DNA from: a virus
Length of the DNA: 64,000 nucleotides
Virus record (IMG/VR): IMGVR_UViG_3300020455_000008
Location: 1-64,000 of that record
Strand: one strand, 5' to 3'
Translations under genes and position numbers: made by a program
Shown here: positions 38,812 through 48,449 of the stretch, piece by piece
Numbering within the stretch: the first letter of the stretch is position 1
How the letters are laid out: each line of letters starts with the position of its first letter
Notes under the pieces: model-generated
The model's database searches: none
Told to the model about the DNA's origin: nothing
The model's input: only the letters and a program-made list of their open reading frames with translations

Positions 38812-41788
38812 AAAATACTTCAGAAACGATCTAGGAGAACTTGTTTATCTACGCTCATATGCACGTTGGCTTGAGTCTGAGCATAGACGAGAGACTTGGA
38901 ATGAAACCGTCAGTCGTGTAATGAGTTTCTTGTTTAAGGATTCACCCGTCCAGCAAGAAGAGATAGACCTCATCGAAGAAATGATTTTAGAGCAGCAAGT
39001 TATGCCTTCTATGCGTTCATTGTGGGCGAGTGGAGACTTTGCTTCTGTTGATAATACTGCAATCTATAACTGCTCATTCCTACCCATCGATAACCTAAGA
39101 GCCTTCTGTGAGTTAATATACATCCTAATGCAAGGTACAGGCGTAGGTTTTTCGGTAGAGGGTAAGTTTGTTAATAAGCTACCTACTGTAGCCCAAATAG
39201 ATGATACGCAGGTCGCTTCCCATCAAGTGGGGGATAGTGCTACTGGTTGGGCAGACGCAGTTTTTTTCGTAGTTACTCATGCGTGGAAGGGCTACGGCTC
39301 TATTGAGCTAGACTACTCACTTGTTAGGCCAAGAGGTAGTCGCTTAGTTACCAAGGGTGGAAGAGCAAGTGGCCCAGAGCCATTGAAAGCTGCCATCGAG
39401 TTCTTGATTGAGACTATCTACTCTGCTGAGGGAAGACAGCTCACAACCCTAGAAGTTTACGATATGTGTTGCTCTTTAGCAGAAGTAGTAGTCGTAGGGG
39501 GTGTTAGACGTTCAGCTATGATCTCGTTTAGCGATCCCGATGATGAGTCAATGCGTCACGCCAAAGATTGGAAACGAGGTAACTTCCCACTCAAACGATA
39601 TATGAGTAATAACAGTGCGTACTTCCAAGAAAGGCCAAGCAAAGAGGTCTTCGATAGGGAGTGGACACAACTCGCAGAGTCGGGGAGTGGTGAACGAGGT
39701 CTATCTATAGACAACTGGCATAGATATGCCCCAAGACCACAGGGTGGCACTCGATCTAACCCCTGCGTGACAGGCGATACTAGAGTTATGACAGAGGATG
39801 GCTTTATTCAGATAAAAGACTTCCTTAATGACCCTAAGACTTTAGTGATCGATTCTCGATTTGGTACTGAGAAGCAGGGTTATACTAGTGATAAAGGCGC
39901 TTTCATCACGGGTGAAAAGCAAGTGTTTAAATTAACTACAAAGCAAGGTTACGAAGTTAAGCTAACGGCAGATCACCGAGTTATGACCTCTAAGGGTTGG
40001 GTAGAAGCAAAAGATCTTGAGCTAGGTGATAAAATTCACATATGTAATAATGGCGGGATGTTTGGGTCTGAGGGCAATGAGGAGATAGGTGCTATTGCGG
40101 GGTGGTATGCAGGTGATGGAACTATTGCTGATGGAAGCCCAAGGTTATACTTCTACCACGAAGATAGAACTCTTACTTCTTACTTCAAGAGCTGCATAGA
40201 GAGCGTTGTGGGGCACGAGGTTAATATCTCTGAATATCTTCCTACCAAGCGAGAGCACATAGAATCGGCTTCTTTGAGAGACTACTTGCCTACTGATGAC
40301 CGAACTAAAGTTCCAGAGATAATTTGGAGAGGAACAGAAAAATGCCAAAAGTCTTATCTGTCGGCTCTGTTCTCAGCAGATGGCTGTGTGCTAGGCGACT
40401 TGAAAAAGGGCGCTTCCATTCGACTGCACTCAACTAAAATTGGTCATCTGAAGGACGTGCAGCAAATATTATTAAACTTTAATGTTTATTCAAAGATATA
40501 CACAGGTCGAATGAAAGAGGGCTTTAGGATAATGCCCGATGGTAAGGGGGGGTTGAAGAACTATTACTGTAAGGAATCAGCAGAGCTGATGATCTCTTGT
40601 AAAAGTTTGGTCACATTTTCACAAAGGATTGGGTTTATGCGACAGGATAAGCAAGAAGCCCTTAACTCGATTATTGACTCTTACAAGAGAAGACCTAATG
40701 CAGATAAGTTTGTCGCAGACTTTACGGGGCTTGAGCCTTTGGGGGTAGAGACTGTGTATGATTTGACTGAAGAGACTACACATTCCTTTATTGCAAATGG
40801 ATTAGTCGTCCATAACTGCCATGAAATTGGTTTAAGATTTAGAGAATCAAATGACCCTTGGTCGGGCGAAGGTGGGGGCGGTCAGTTCTGCAATCTCAGT
40901 GCTGTAGTTGTTCGCCCTGAAGACACATTAGATACACTAAAGCTAAAGGTGAGACTTGCTACGATCATTGGTTGTACTCAAGCTCAATTTACTAATTTTC
41001 CATATTTGCGCCCCGCCTGGAGAGAGCTATGTGAAGAGGATAGATTAATTGGTGTGGACCTAACTGGTCAATGTGACCATCCAACTCTGTTAGATAATGT
41101 AGAAAACCTATCCATATTAAACGATGTGGCAATCTCTACAGCTAGTGAACTTTCTGAAATGTTGGGTATTAATATGCCAGCAGCAGTAACTTGCGGTAAA
41201 CCAAGTGGCAACACCTCCCAAATGGTGGATTGTGCAAGTGGTTTCCATCCTCGTTACAGTGATTATTATTTTAGGCACGTTCGAGTTAGTGCAGATGATC
41301 CACTCTCAGCATTATTGAAGTCTGAAGGTGTACCTATGTTTCCTGAAGTAGGTCAAGAGAATCTTGATGAAAAAGATGTTAAAACATGGGTAGCACGTTT
41401 CCCCGTTAAGTCACCTAGTGGTTCGATGACTCGTAACGATGAGAGTTCATTTGATCAAATGGAGCGTTATCTGACAATAATGAAGGGTTGGTGTAGGGAT
41501 CGAGGTCACAATCAATCAGCTACCATTTATGTAAAAGAGGACGACTGGGGTAAGGTGGGTGAATGGGTTTGGGATAACTTTGACGACATCGTTGGGCTAT
41601 CATTCCTACCTTACGATGGCGGTAACTATAAATTAGCGCCCTACGAAGAGATCTCTCAAGATGAATATGAGGACTGCATATTAGACTTCCCAAATATTGA
41701 TTTCCAAAAGCTTTCTGAATTTGAAGATTTTGATCAAGGACAAGGTTCTACTGAGTTAGCTTGCACAGGTGGAACGTGTGAACTATAG
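38804..41788 (+). CDS. nrdJ: Class II (adenosylcobalamin) ribonucleotide reductase precursor with intein
   Basis: RRETWNETV.R, PSMR, YNCSF, GTGVGFS, GGVRRSA, NP/C.EI, FCNLS, KPSGN, APYEEI, C-terminal CTGGTC. Confidence 0.95.
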   Translation: MTRKYFRNDLGELVYLRSYARWLESEHRRETWNETVSRVMSFLFKDSPVQQEEIDLIEEMILEQQVMPSMRSLWASGDFASVDNTAIYNCSFLPIDNLRAFCELIYILMQGTGVGFSVEGKFVNKLPTVAQIDDTQVASHQVGDSATGWADAVFFVVTHAWKGYGSIELDYSLVRPRGSRLVTKGGRASGPEPLKAAIEFLIETIYSAEGRQLTTLEVYDMCCSLAEVVVVGGVRRSAMISFSDPDDESMRHAKDWKRGNFPLKRYMSNNSAYFQERPSKEVFDREWTQLAESGSGERGLSIDNWHRYAPRPQGGTRSNPCVTGDTRVMTEDGFIQIKDFLNDPKTLVIDSRFGTEKQGYTSDKGAFITGEKQVFKLTTKQGYEVKLTADHRVMTSKGWVEAKDLELGDKIHICNNGGMFGSEGNEEIGAIAGWYAGDGTIADGSPRLYFYHEDRTLTSYFKSCIESVVGHEVNISEYLPTKREHIESASLRDYLPTDDRTKVPEIIWRGTEKCQKSYLSALFSADGCVLGDLKKGASIRLHSTKIGHLKDVQQILLNFNVYSKIYTGRMKEGFRIMPDGKGGLKNYYCKESAELMISCKSLVTFSQRIGFMRQDKQEALNSIIDSYKRRPNADKFVADFTGLEPLGVETVYDLTEETTHSFIANGLVVHNCHEIGLRFRESNDPWSGEGGGGQFCNLSAVVVRPEDTLDTLKLKVRLATIIGCTQAQFTNFPYLRPAWRELCEEDRLIGVDLTGQCDHPTLLDNVENLSILNDVAISTASELSEMLGINMPAAVTCGKPSGNTSQMVDCASGFHPRYSDYYFRHVRVSADDPLSALLKSEGVPMFPEVGQENLDEKDVKTWVARFPVKSPSGSMTRNDESSFDQMERYLTIMKGWCRDRGHNQSATIYVKEDDWGKVGEWVWDNFDDIVGLSFLPYDGGNYKLAPYEEISQDEYEDCILDFPNIDFQKLSEFEDFDQGQGSTELACTGGTCEL
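39764..40816 (+). mobile_element. Intein with LAGLIDADG homing endonuclease (351 aa)
   Basis: Starts CVTGDT; block B LTADH; IAGWYAGDG and LSALFSADG; ends VYDL...HSFIANGLVVHN followed by Cys. Confidence 0.95.
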
Positions 41789-41844
41789 AAACTGTAAGAA
41801 ATCTCAGTTATTATGCAACGTCAATATATTTTTGAGGTTGTGTA

Positions 41845-43266
41845 ATGAAATGGTTAAAAAAGAGACAGGCGGCTGAAGCACTAGGTATACCACCAAGACG
41901 TGTGAGGACTTTGGCAGACAAGGGAGCACTGCCTGTTCGATACGAAGGTCACCATAAATACTATGGTATTATTGATTCTAATGAAGATGTTGAAGAGATA
42001 GAAACTAAAGCTAAAGCAGAGTTTTTTGAAAAACCTTCAGACAAGTACATATTCGATACTTCCAGTGATACATACTTGTTTTTTGGTCTACCCGATCAGC
42101 CACCCGTTGTTCGTGTGAGTCGAGAAAGGGTAGACTCACTGATTAGAGATTATTCTAATGAAACTGGTGGCGCTACTATAAACCAACTTGCGGGAAAATA
42201 TGAGCTTTCAAGAGCTACAATAAAGTCTATAATTTCTTGGCTTGGTAAAACGCACGACTCTGCACCGTTTTCTGACGAGACTTTAGCTATGACAGAAGAA
42301 GATGAGTTAGCAACATCTGTCCTAAAGGCTAAAGAGCAACGTGTACTTGTGAAAGCGCAAAAAAAACGGTTACGAAGACATGAAGCAGTATTAGATAATG
42401 AAGATTGGATTCGCCATTTTCTCAAAGATTTGATGAATACTATACCTGAACACAAAGCTGCTAAACCTAAGAAAAAGAAAAGATCATCTAGTAACCCATA
42501 CATAGCTGTTTTGGGTTTAACAGATCTACATATAGGTAAGAGAGGGATTGATGGTTTCAACTCTCAAGTGGCCGCAGATAGAGCGATTAGAACTGTAACC
42601 GAAGCTGCGAAGTCTGCGAACTCTATGTGGGGCACTCCCGAGTACTTTGTGATAACGTGTGGTAGTGATATGTTGCACGTAGATAACTACCAGGGAACTA
42701 CCCAAAAAGGTACACCAATGGACACCGACATAGACGCTGTAGATATGATGTCTATCGCATATCGAACAATGGAGTATCTAGTGTTGCACTTACAGAGCTA
42801 CGCACCCGTAAAAGTTGTGGCTATGACAGGTAACCACGACCGTATGTTAAGCGCATTGCTAGGCATGATGATTGACGCTAGATTCCATGATGATGATAGT
42901 ATTGAAGTTTTAGACGGTAGTCGTGGAAGTGCATATATTCGGTATGGCGACTCGCTTCTCGGTTTCAATCATGGTGACTCTATCAAGCCCCATAATCTAC
43001 CTAGTGTAATGTCTGCTGAACGCCCAAAGGACTGGGGGGAGTGTGATGGTAACTGGGAATGGTTCTGTGGGCATTTACACTCATTAGTCTTAAGAGTTAG
43101 TGAGTATAATGGTTGTCGAGTGTGGACAATGCCCGCACTCAGTGGTACTGATAGATGGCATAAGTTAAACGGTTACTCCTTCAATAGAAAACAACTAGCT
43201 ATGTTTAGAGTAGAACCTAAAAATGGTGTGACCGCTATAGAATTAATTGAAGGTACTGATGAGTAA
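41845..43266 (+). CDS. N-terminal HTH plus calcineurin-like metallophosphoesterase
   Basis: AAEALGIPPRRVRTL HTH; TDLHIG, GSD, GNHD, HGD, GHLH. Confidence 0.82.
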   Translation: MKWLKKRQAAEALGIPPRRVRTLADKGALPVRYEGHHKYYGIIDSNEDVEEIETKAKAEFFEKPSDKYIFDTSSDTYLFFGLPDQPPVVRVSRERVDSLIRDYSNETGGATINQLAGKYELSRATIKSIISWLGKTHDSAPFSDETLAMTEEDELATSVLKAKEQRVLVKAQKKRLRRHEAVLDNEDWIRHFLKDLMNTIPEHKAAKPKKKKRSSSNPYIAVLGLTDLHIGKRGIDGFNSQVAADRAIRTVTEAAKSANSMWGTPEYFVITCGSDMLHVDNYQGTTQKGTPMDTDIDAVDMMSIAYRTMEYLVLHLQSYAPVKVVAMTGNHDRMLSALLGMMIDARFHDDDSIEVLDGSRGSAYIRYGDSLLGFNHGDSIKPHNLPSVMSAERPKDWGECDGNWEWFCGHLHSLVLRVSEYNGCRVWTMPALSGTDRWHKLNGYSFNRKQLAMFRVEPKNGVTAIELIEGTDE

Positions 43267-43903
43267 TATTGAAGTTTTAGATAAAGGTTTTGTAAAACTA
43301 ATAGATGTGATGGGTTCGGATAAAAGCGTAGTCAACTCAGCTAGGATAAGCTTTGCAAAACAAGTAGAAGATATTGGTGCTAGGGATGAAAAACTCATTC
43401 GTTACCTATGGGAGCATAAGCACACTAGCCCCTTTCGTCATGCTACATTACAATTTCATATTAAAGCGCCGCTCTTTGTATTACGTCAGTGGATGAAACA
43501 CCAAGTGGGCTGCGCATGGAATGAAGTGAGTGGGAGGTATGTCGAGTTCAATAGTGAATTCTATCTGCCTAATAATTGGCGTGAGCAACATGAGTCAAAT
43601 AAACAGGGTTCAAAAGGATCTGTTGATGATCAAGAAAAAGCTGGGCTTACCTATGTTGACTCTATGCATTTCTCTATCAATCGTTACTTAGAGCTTTTAG
43701 ATCTAGGAGTGTGTAAAGAGCAAGCGAGGATGGTGCTGCCGCTATCGTTGTATACGGAGTGTTATTGGACCGCAAGTTTACAAGCAGTTATGCATTTCCT
43801 TGAGCTACGAGAGGACTCCCACTCACAGTGGGAGATACAGCAATACGCTAATGCAGTACGCTCTTTAAGTTCCTCTCATTTTCCAATAACTCTATCTCTG
43901 TAA
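43259..43903 (+). CDS. thyX: FAD-dependent thymidylate synthase
   Basis: HTSPF, PLFVLRQW.KH....WNEVSGRY, EQARMVLP, LR...H.QWEI. Confidence 0.93.
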   Translation: MSNIEVLDKGFVKLIDVMGSDKSVVNSARISFAKQVEDIGARDEKLIRYLWEHKHTSPFRHATLQFHIKAPLFVLRQWMKHQVGCAWNEVSGRYVEFNSEFYLPNNWREQHESNKQGSKGSVDDQEKAGLTYVDSMHFSINRYLELLDLGVCKEQARMVLPLSLYTECYWTASLQAVMHFLELREDSHSQWEIQQYANAVRSLSSSHFPITLSL

Positions 43904-43943
43904 TCTGATAAAATCTCTCGTAACATTTTATGAGGGAGATTCT

Positions 43944-44819
43944 ATGTTTGATCTTGCACAACTAATTGTTGAACCTACAGAGATTGACCAATTTTATAGA
44001 ACGGGAGTGATTGAGAATACAGAAGCCAATGAGTTACCTAACTACTTTTTTTGTCTTCGTACAGAAGATGGTAAACAGAGTGCGTTAGGATACTACAATG
44101 ATGAGACTAGTTATTTAGAATTATTGAAGACAAAAGAGCTTCAGTATCAGGGTTTTAAACCAAGGGATGGAGCGCAATCTTGTCTATTTTGGGCATTGAA
44201 AAGGAATGATTTGATCGTAGGTCTTGGTAGTGCGGGTACGGGTAAAACGACAGTAGCCCTTGCATATGCATTAAATGAGTTACATCGTAATGCTAAGGAC
44301 ATTGTTTTGTGTAAGCCTACCACTTTTGTGGGGATGAAAAGCAATGCGATAGGTGCAATCCCAGGCGATCATAGAGAAAAGCTTGAGGGCTACATGGACA
44401 GTTATTTTACTGCTATGAAAAAGATTATGGGGGAGACATTCGAACATCACCTCTACCAGCTTGAAGAAGAGGGTAGGATTCTGTTTAAGCCATTCGAGTT
44501 GCTGAGAGGGCAGCACTTTGAGAATAGTGTCGTCATTATCGATGAAGCACAGAATACGACACCACATGAGTTATTAACAGCTATCTCAAGGGTAGGTGCG
44601 CATAGTACACTAATCATTCTTGGTGATCCTGATCAGATTGACTCGGGCTTAGGTCGTGAAGAAACTGGTCTATGGAAACTCATTCATAGTGACTCATTTG
44701 GTGAGTGTCCTTTTGCAGTCGGTATTAAGCTAACAGCGCAGTATCGCAGTGCAATGGCTCAATTAGCACAAGAGGTTATTGAAGAGTTAAGGGCTGAAAA
44801 AGAAGAGAATGAAAAATAA
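43944..44819 (+). CDS. phoH: PhoH-family ATPase
   Basis: GSAGTGKT, IGAIPG...EK, LRG, IIDEAQN, GDPDQID, RS. Confidence 0.9.
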   Translation: MFDLAQLIVEPTEIDQFYRTGVIENTEANELPNYFFCLRTEDGKQSALGYYNDETSYLELLKTKELQYQGFKPRDGAQSCLFWALKRNDLIVGLGSAGTGKTTVALAYALNELHRNAKDIVLCKPTTFVGMKSNAIGAIPGDHREKLEGYMDSYFTAMKKIMGETFEHHLYQLEEEGRILFKPFELLRGQHFENSVVIIDEAQNTTPHELLTAISRVGAHSTLIILGDPDQIDSGLGREETGLWKLIHSDSFGECPFAVGIKLTAQYRSAMAQLAQEVIEELRAEKEENEK

Positions 44820-44825
44820 ATTAAA

Positions 44826-44862
44826 AATAGTTATTGAAAACTCTTTTTAGATGGGGTATCTC
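44826..44862 (+). promoter_or_regulatory. Promoter whose -35 lies inside the operator-like palindrome
   Basis: AATAGTTATTGAAAACT containing TTGAAA-N17-TATCTC. Confidence 0.5.
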
Positions 44863-44925
44863 TTGTAAGTCAACAGCGACAATCACTAACGATAAGACCT
44901 ACGGGTCAAGAAAGAGAACAAAAGA

Positions 44926-45153
44926 ATGATTGAGGTTTACCCAACTTTACAAGCCGTTATCTTTAACGGAAAAAACGGACTAAACAATAAACTTGTTTAT
45001 AACTATATTGTTCGCAATGAAGAGAAAAAGCTTACTTTTACTGAAATTTGTTCTGCTGTTTCTTCTGAATACTCAGGAGGTCGCAAAAAACTAACTCCTT
45101 TTAAAGTAGCACTTGCTATTCGTGCCCTACGCCAAGCGGGCCTAGTTACATAA
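44926..45153 (+). CDS. Hypothetical protein (possible wHTH)
   Basis: Leader GACC-TACG-GGTC hairpin plus AAGAAAGAGAA. Confidence 0.6.
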   Translation: MIEVYPTLQAVIFNGKNGLNNKLVYNYIVRNEEKKLTFTEICSAVSSEYSGGRKKLTPFKVALAIRALRQAGLVT

Positions 45154-45188
45154 AGAAACAACCTACGGGTTAAGAAAGAGAAAATAAG

Positions 45189-45428
45189 ATGAAAAATACA
45201 AATTTACTAAAACAATATTATGCCGCAATGAAAATACTTGAAAAAGTAGGTGATGAAGAAACTCGTCAAGCCGTTGAACCGCTTCTACATTTATTGATTC
45301 AAAACGATAGTAAGCTAAAAAGGGTTCAAGGTCAGCTCAGAGACCTAATGGCTGCGGCTGGTATGTTTGAACATGAGGGTATGAAGTGTGACCTTATGGT
45401 CAGAGGATGGGAAAAGAAAGACAACTAA
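45189..45428 (+). CDS. Hypothetical protein
   Basis: Leader AACC-TACG-GGTT hairpin plus AAGAAAGAGAA. Confidence 0.6.
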   Translation: MKNTNLLKQYYAAMKILEKVGDEETRQAVEPLLHLLIQNDSKLKRVQGQLRDLMAAAGMFEHEGMKCDLMVRGWEKKDN

Positions 45429-45472
45429 GACAAGAACCCGTAAGACAATAAAACAAATAGAAAGACACAACA

Positions 45473-45844
45473 ATGAATAACAAACAACTGACACCCAACT
45501 TGATTCCTTTATTACAGAAAAACTTAGGCGAAAACTTAGGAGGAGTAGGGTTTAGCCGTAAACGTAAATATAACCCTTTGGGTACGTATTCTAACGAGTC
45601 TAAATCATCTAACGAGTCTCTTATGGGTAGGCACTTCTCGTTCATAATAATAGCGGTAGACGCAGACAATAACTGTGTTTGGCTAGAAGGCCGAAGCAGT
45701 GAAAGTTCAAATACTCACAATAACCGTTATCATGGCAGTGTTTGCGTAGAGCTAGATGGTTGTATGTCGAGAAGAGATATAGCTCAAAGAGGTGCAGATC
45801 AATCCCCCGACTTTTACAAAGATGAAGTTGCTGGGTCATATTGA
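45473..45844 (+). CDS. Hypothetical protein
   Basis: Related A-rich leader AGAAAGACA. Confidence 0.55.
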   Translation: MNNKQLTPNLIPLLQKNLGENLGGVGFSRKRKYNPLGTYSNESKSSNESLMGRHFSFIIIAVDADNNCVWLEGRSSESSNTHNNRYHGSVCVELDGCMSRRDIAQRGADQSPDFYKDEVAGSY

Positions 45845-45860
45845 AAGTGTTGGTAAGGTA

Positions 45861-46409
45861 ATGACAATGTCGGTTAGCAAATATGATTCAAATGGTCTTT
45901 GCTGGCAAAGAGGTAGAGCTTTTGAAGATAATCTGAAGGATCTATTTATCAAAAAGGGCTACAAGGTTAGACCATCCACCCAGGAAGAGGACTATAAGCT
46001 TCATGCTGACTTTTGGGCATACTCAGACACATGGGGTAGGTGGTTAAGCGTGGACGCAAAAGCAATGAAGCGCATACAGAGAAATGGTGAGTTACAAGAT
46101 GAGTTCACATATGTAGAGTGGAAAAATACTGCGGGTTATGCGGGTTGGTTATTGTGCGGTGCCGATGTAGTTGCATTTGAGCGCAGACGCAGCATAGTTC
46201 TTGCAGTCAGACATAGGCTAAAGGATTGGTGCTCTGAGAGAGTAGATCGCAGTAAAACAGTAGACTCTCCAGCTCAATCATTATACTGTTCATACTCAAG
46301 AACTGGTAGGGAAGATGAGATCAGTATGATACGCATATCTGATATACCTATCGCCTTGACGACCATATGGATTACAGATGACAGAGAAGCCCCAAACGAT
46401 ATACCTTGA
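45861..46409 (+). CDS. Putative PD-(D/E)XK nuclease-fold protein
   Basis: GRAFE...ED...HADF...VDAK...YVEWKN..GYAGWL...AD..AFE. Confidence 0.6.
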   Translation: MTMSVSKYDSNGLCWQRGRAFEDNLKDLFIKKGYKVRPSTQEEDYKLHADFWAYSDTWGRWLSVDAKAMKRIQRNGELQDEFTYVEWKNTAGYAGWLLCGADVVAFERRRSIVLAVRHRLKDWCSERVDRSKTVDSPAQSLYCSYSRTGREDEISMIRISDIPIALTTIWITDDREAPNDIP

Positions 46410-46686
46410 ACCAAAAGAGACATACGATCAATGTATCCTCAAAATTGAGGATGGTATTGTTTATTACTGCGTAGACTCAATACTAAACATATTGACTGAC
46501 GATTTTGAGTCGTGGGTCAAAGACAGCCCAAGTTTCTCAGAACAAGATGAGAGTTACGAATATCAAGCTATAACACTAGCGTTAGAATGGTTTGATCACA
46601 ATATGCACAGTGCATATCTTGGTAGGTATTCACCTAGATATGTATTTAACACAGAAGACATGGAAAATAATGAATGTGGATCATAG
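46378..46686 (+). CDS. Conserved hypothetical phage protein
   Basis: ALEWFDHNM..AYLG..SP motif. Confidence 0.65.
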   Translation: MTEKPQTIYLEPKETYDQCILKIEDGIVYYCVDSILNILTDDFESWVKDSPSFSEQDESYEYQAITLALEWFDHNMHSAYLGRYSPRYVFNTEDMENNECGS

Positions 46687-48034
46687 CGAAAAACTTACCC
46701 ATATATCCCTCTGCACAGGCTACGGGGGGATTGATCTTGGACTCAAACGAGCTATCGGATCAGTTAGCACAGTCTGTTATGTGGAGATCGAAGCCTTCGT
46801 CATCGAAAACTTGGTTGCGAAGATTGAAGCGGAAATCATCGACCCCGCGCCTATTTTCACAAACCTTAAAACCTTCCCTTGGGAACACTTTAGTGGACGA
46901 GTGGACATCCTCAGTGGAGGGTTTCCTTGTCAACCATTTAGTGCCGCAGGAAGAAGGGGCGGAGATGAAGATCCCCGACACCTGTGGCCATACATTGTCG
47001 ATGGAATCAAACGGCTTGGAAGACCTCCCATTGTTTTCTTCGAGAACGTGGAGGGAATCCTCAGCTCAAAGCTCAAGGGTGACCAATGGTCAGACCCCGA
47101 AGGAACACCCGTTTTGCTTCATGTCCATCGAGAGCTGGAAAGATTGGGTTACAGAGCAACGTCAAGCGTATTCTCAGCGGCTGAAGTTGGCGCAACACAC
47201 AGAAGAAAAAGGGTCTTTATTCTCGGTGTCAGAAATGACCTCTCAGACAAAGGTAGGGAATGGATCACTCAAAGCATGGGCAACACCAAGGGCGAGCAAA
47301 ATAGGTTCAGAGAACTTGGAGAAGTGGAAGAAGAGAGCAGAGAAAGGTCAAGTCAGCACAATGCCACTCGGTTTACAAGTGGAGGTTTCAGAACAGCATA
47401 CCCCGCACCAAGGGGAGCAGAGCAATACCCCTATGAGCCACCAAGAACTCAATTGGGCAACTCCCAACACGATGGATCACCTATCCCCGAAAAGTGCGGA
47501 AACCCTAATGAGACAGGCCACAACTGTCAGAAAGGGCCGCAAATATCCATCGAATCTGAGAGAGCAGGTCGATCCGAAGTCTATGCAAATATACAAGGAA
47601 ACGAACTGGGCAACCCCCACGTCAAGGGATTGGAAGGGGGCGTACTCAGAGGAGGGTCTGATCTTAAATCCAAAATGGGTTGCACTATTACCCGATCAAG
47701 TAAAAGAGAATCAGAAAATGTGGACAACCCCGATCAGTCGAGATTGTTACGAGATAGAAATGAAACAACAAATACCGAATCGGAAAGACGGGAAGACTCG
47801 CTTAGACACGATGCCGAGACAGATTCATCATCAAGAGGGGTACAAGGGGAAATTGAATCCGAGGTGGGTGGAAATGTTGATGGGTTTACCCATTGGATGG
47901 ACTATGCCGAGTTGTACGAATCCTGTGATAGTAGAATTGACGAGCTTAGGATGTTGGGAAACGGAGTTGTACCTGACACCGCCAAAAGAGCCTTCACAGT
48001 TTTGTGGCAAATCTTACGTAGAGGAAGATATTAA
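46670..48034 (+). CDS. DNA (cytosine-5)-methyltransferase, catalytic (alpha-like) chain
   Basis: Motif I SLCTGYGG, IV GGFPCQPFS, VI ENVEG, VIII HRRKRVF, X LGNGVVP; no motif IX in this frame. Confidence 0.9.
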   Translation: MNVDHSEKLTHISLCTGYGGIDLGLKRAIGSVSTVCYVEIEAFVIENLVAKIEAEIIDPAPIFTNLKTFPWEHFSGRVDILSGGFPCQPFSAAGRRGGDEDPRHLWPYIVDGIKRLGRPPIVFFENVEGILSSKLKGDQWSDPEGTPVLLHVHRELERLGYRATSSVFSAAEVGATHRRKRVFILGVRNDLSDKGREWITQSMGNTKGEQNRFRELGEVEEESRERSSQHNATRFTSGGFRTAYPAPRGAEQYPYEPPRTQLGNSQHDGSPIPEKCGNPNETGHNCQKGPQISIESERAGRSEVYANIQGNELGNPHVKGLEGGVLRGGSDLKSKMGCTITRSSKRESENVDNPDQSRLLRDRNETTNTESERREDSLRHDAETDSSSRGVQGEIESEVGGNVDGFTHWMDYAELYESCDSRIDELRMLGNGVVPDTAKRAFTVLWQILRRGRY

Positions 48035-48056
48035 TGATAGTAATACTAATCAGTAG
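46674..48056 (+). CDS. Overlapping +1-frame methyltransferase partner (beta-like; TRD repeats plus motif IX)
   Basis: 460 codons without a stop; four W[AT]TP modules; GKLNPRWVEMLMGLPIGWT. Confidence 0.7.
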   Translation: MWIIAKNLPIYPSAQATGGLILDSNELSDQLAQSVMWRSKPSSSKTWLRRLKRKSSTPRLFSQTLKPSLGNTLVDEWTSSVEGFLVNHLVPQEEGAEMKIPDTCGHTLSMESNGLEDLPLFSSRTWRESSAQSSRVTNGQTPKEHPFCFMSIESWKDWVTEQRQAYSQRLKLAQHTEEKGSLFSVSEMTSQTKVGNGSLKAWATPRASKIGSENLEKWKKRAEKGQVSTMPLGLQVEVSEQHTPHQGEQSNTPMSHQELNWATPNTMDHLSPKSAETLMRQATTVRKGRKYPSNLREQVDPKSMQIYKETNWATPTSRDWKGAYSEEGLILNPKWVALLPDQVKENQKMWTTPISRDCYEIEMKQQIPNRKDGKTRLDTMPRQIHHQEGYKGKLNPRWVEMLMGLPIGWTMPSCTNPVIVELTSLGCWETELYLTPPKEPSQFCGKSYVEEDINDSNTNQ

Positions 48057-48107
48057 CTTAATGACGATACTCTTGTGTGCCGCAGTTCTAGCTGAATACC
48101 TAGACAC

Positions 48108-48449
48108 CTAGTCATCTTCATCTAAGTCCATATCAAAATCAACTTCATCTTGTAGCTCAATAATACCAACGTGCTCAAATTTATTGAGTTCTACCTCTTC
48201 GTAGATAATAACTTGCTTTAACTCTAACTCTTCTGCAATCTCTTCCATGACAGCTACACACCGATCTCTGTCATTAGAAATCATACACAGACCTTTTGCT
48301 ACGGGCTGGTAGAACAGATACAAATTAGCCCACATTGCTAACGGAACTATCAAAAACGCAGTGATCAGTGACGTGAATAAAATGCAGATGATCACATAAA
48401 TGACAAATAGAGCTTTTAGTAGATCGTCTTTATCAATATTAATCTCCAT
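48108..48449 (-). CDS. Hypothetical membrane protein
   Basis: Long N-terminal hydrophobic segment; RBS GGAGG. Confidence 0.6.
   Translation of the reverse strand: MEINIDKDDLLKALFVIYVIICILFTSLITAFLIVPLAMWANLYLFYQPVAKGLCMISNDRDRCVAVMEEIAEELELKQVIIYEEVELNKFEHVGIIELQDEVDFDMDLDEDD

Noticed and set aside
46592-48056. Sequencing frameshift explaining the two MTase frames
   Set aside because: Both frames are open over the whole length and motif X returns in frame 1, so a single indel cannot explain it
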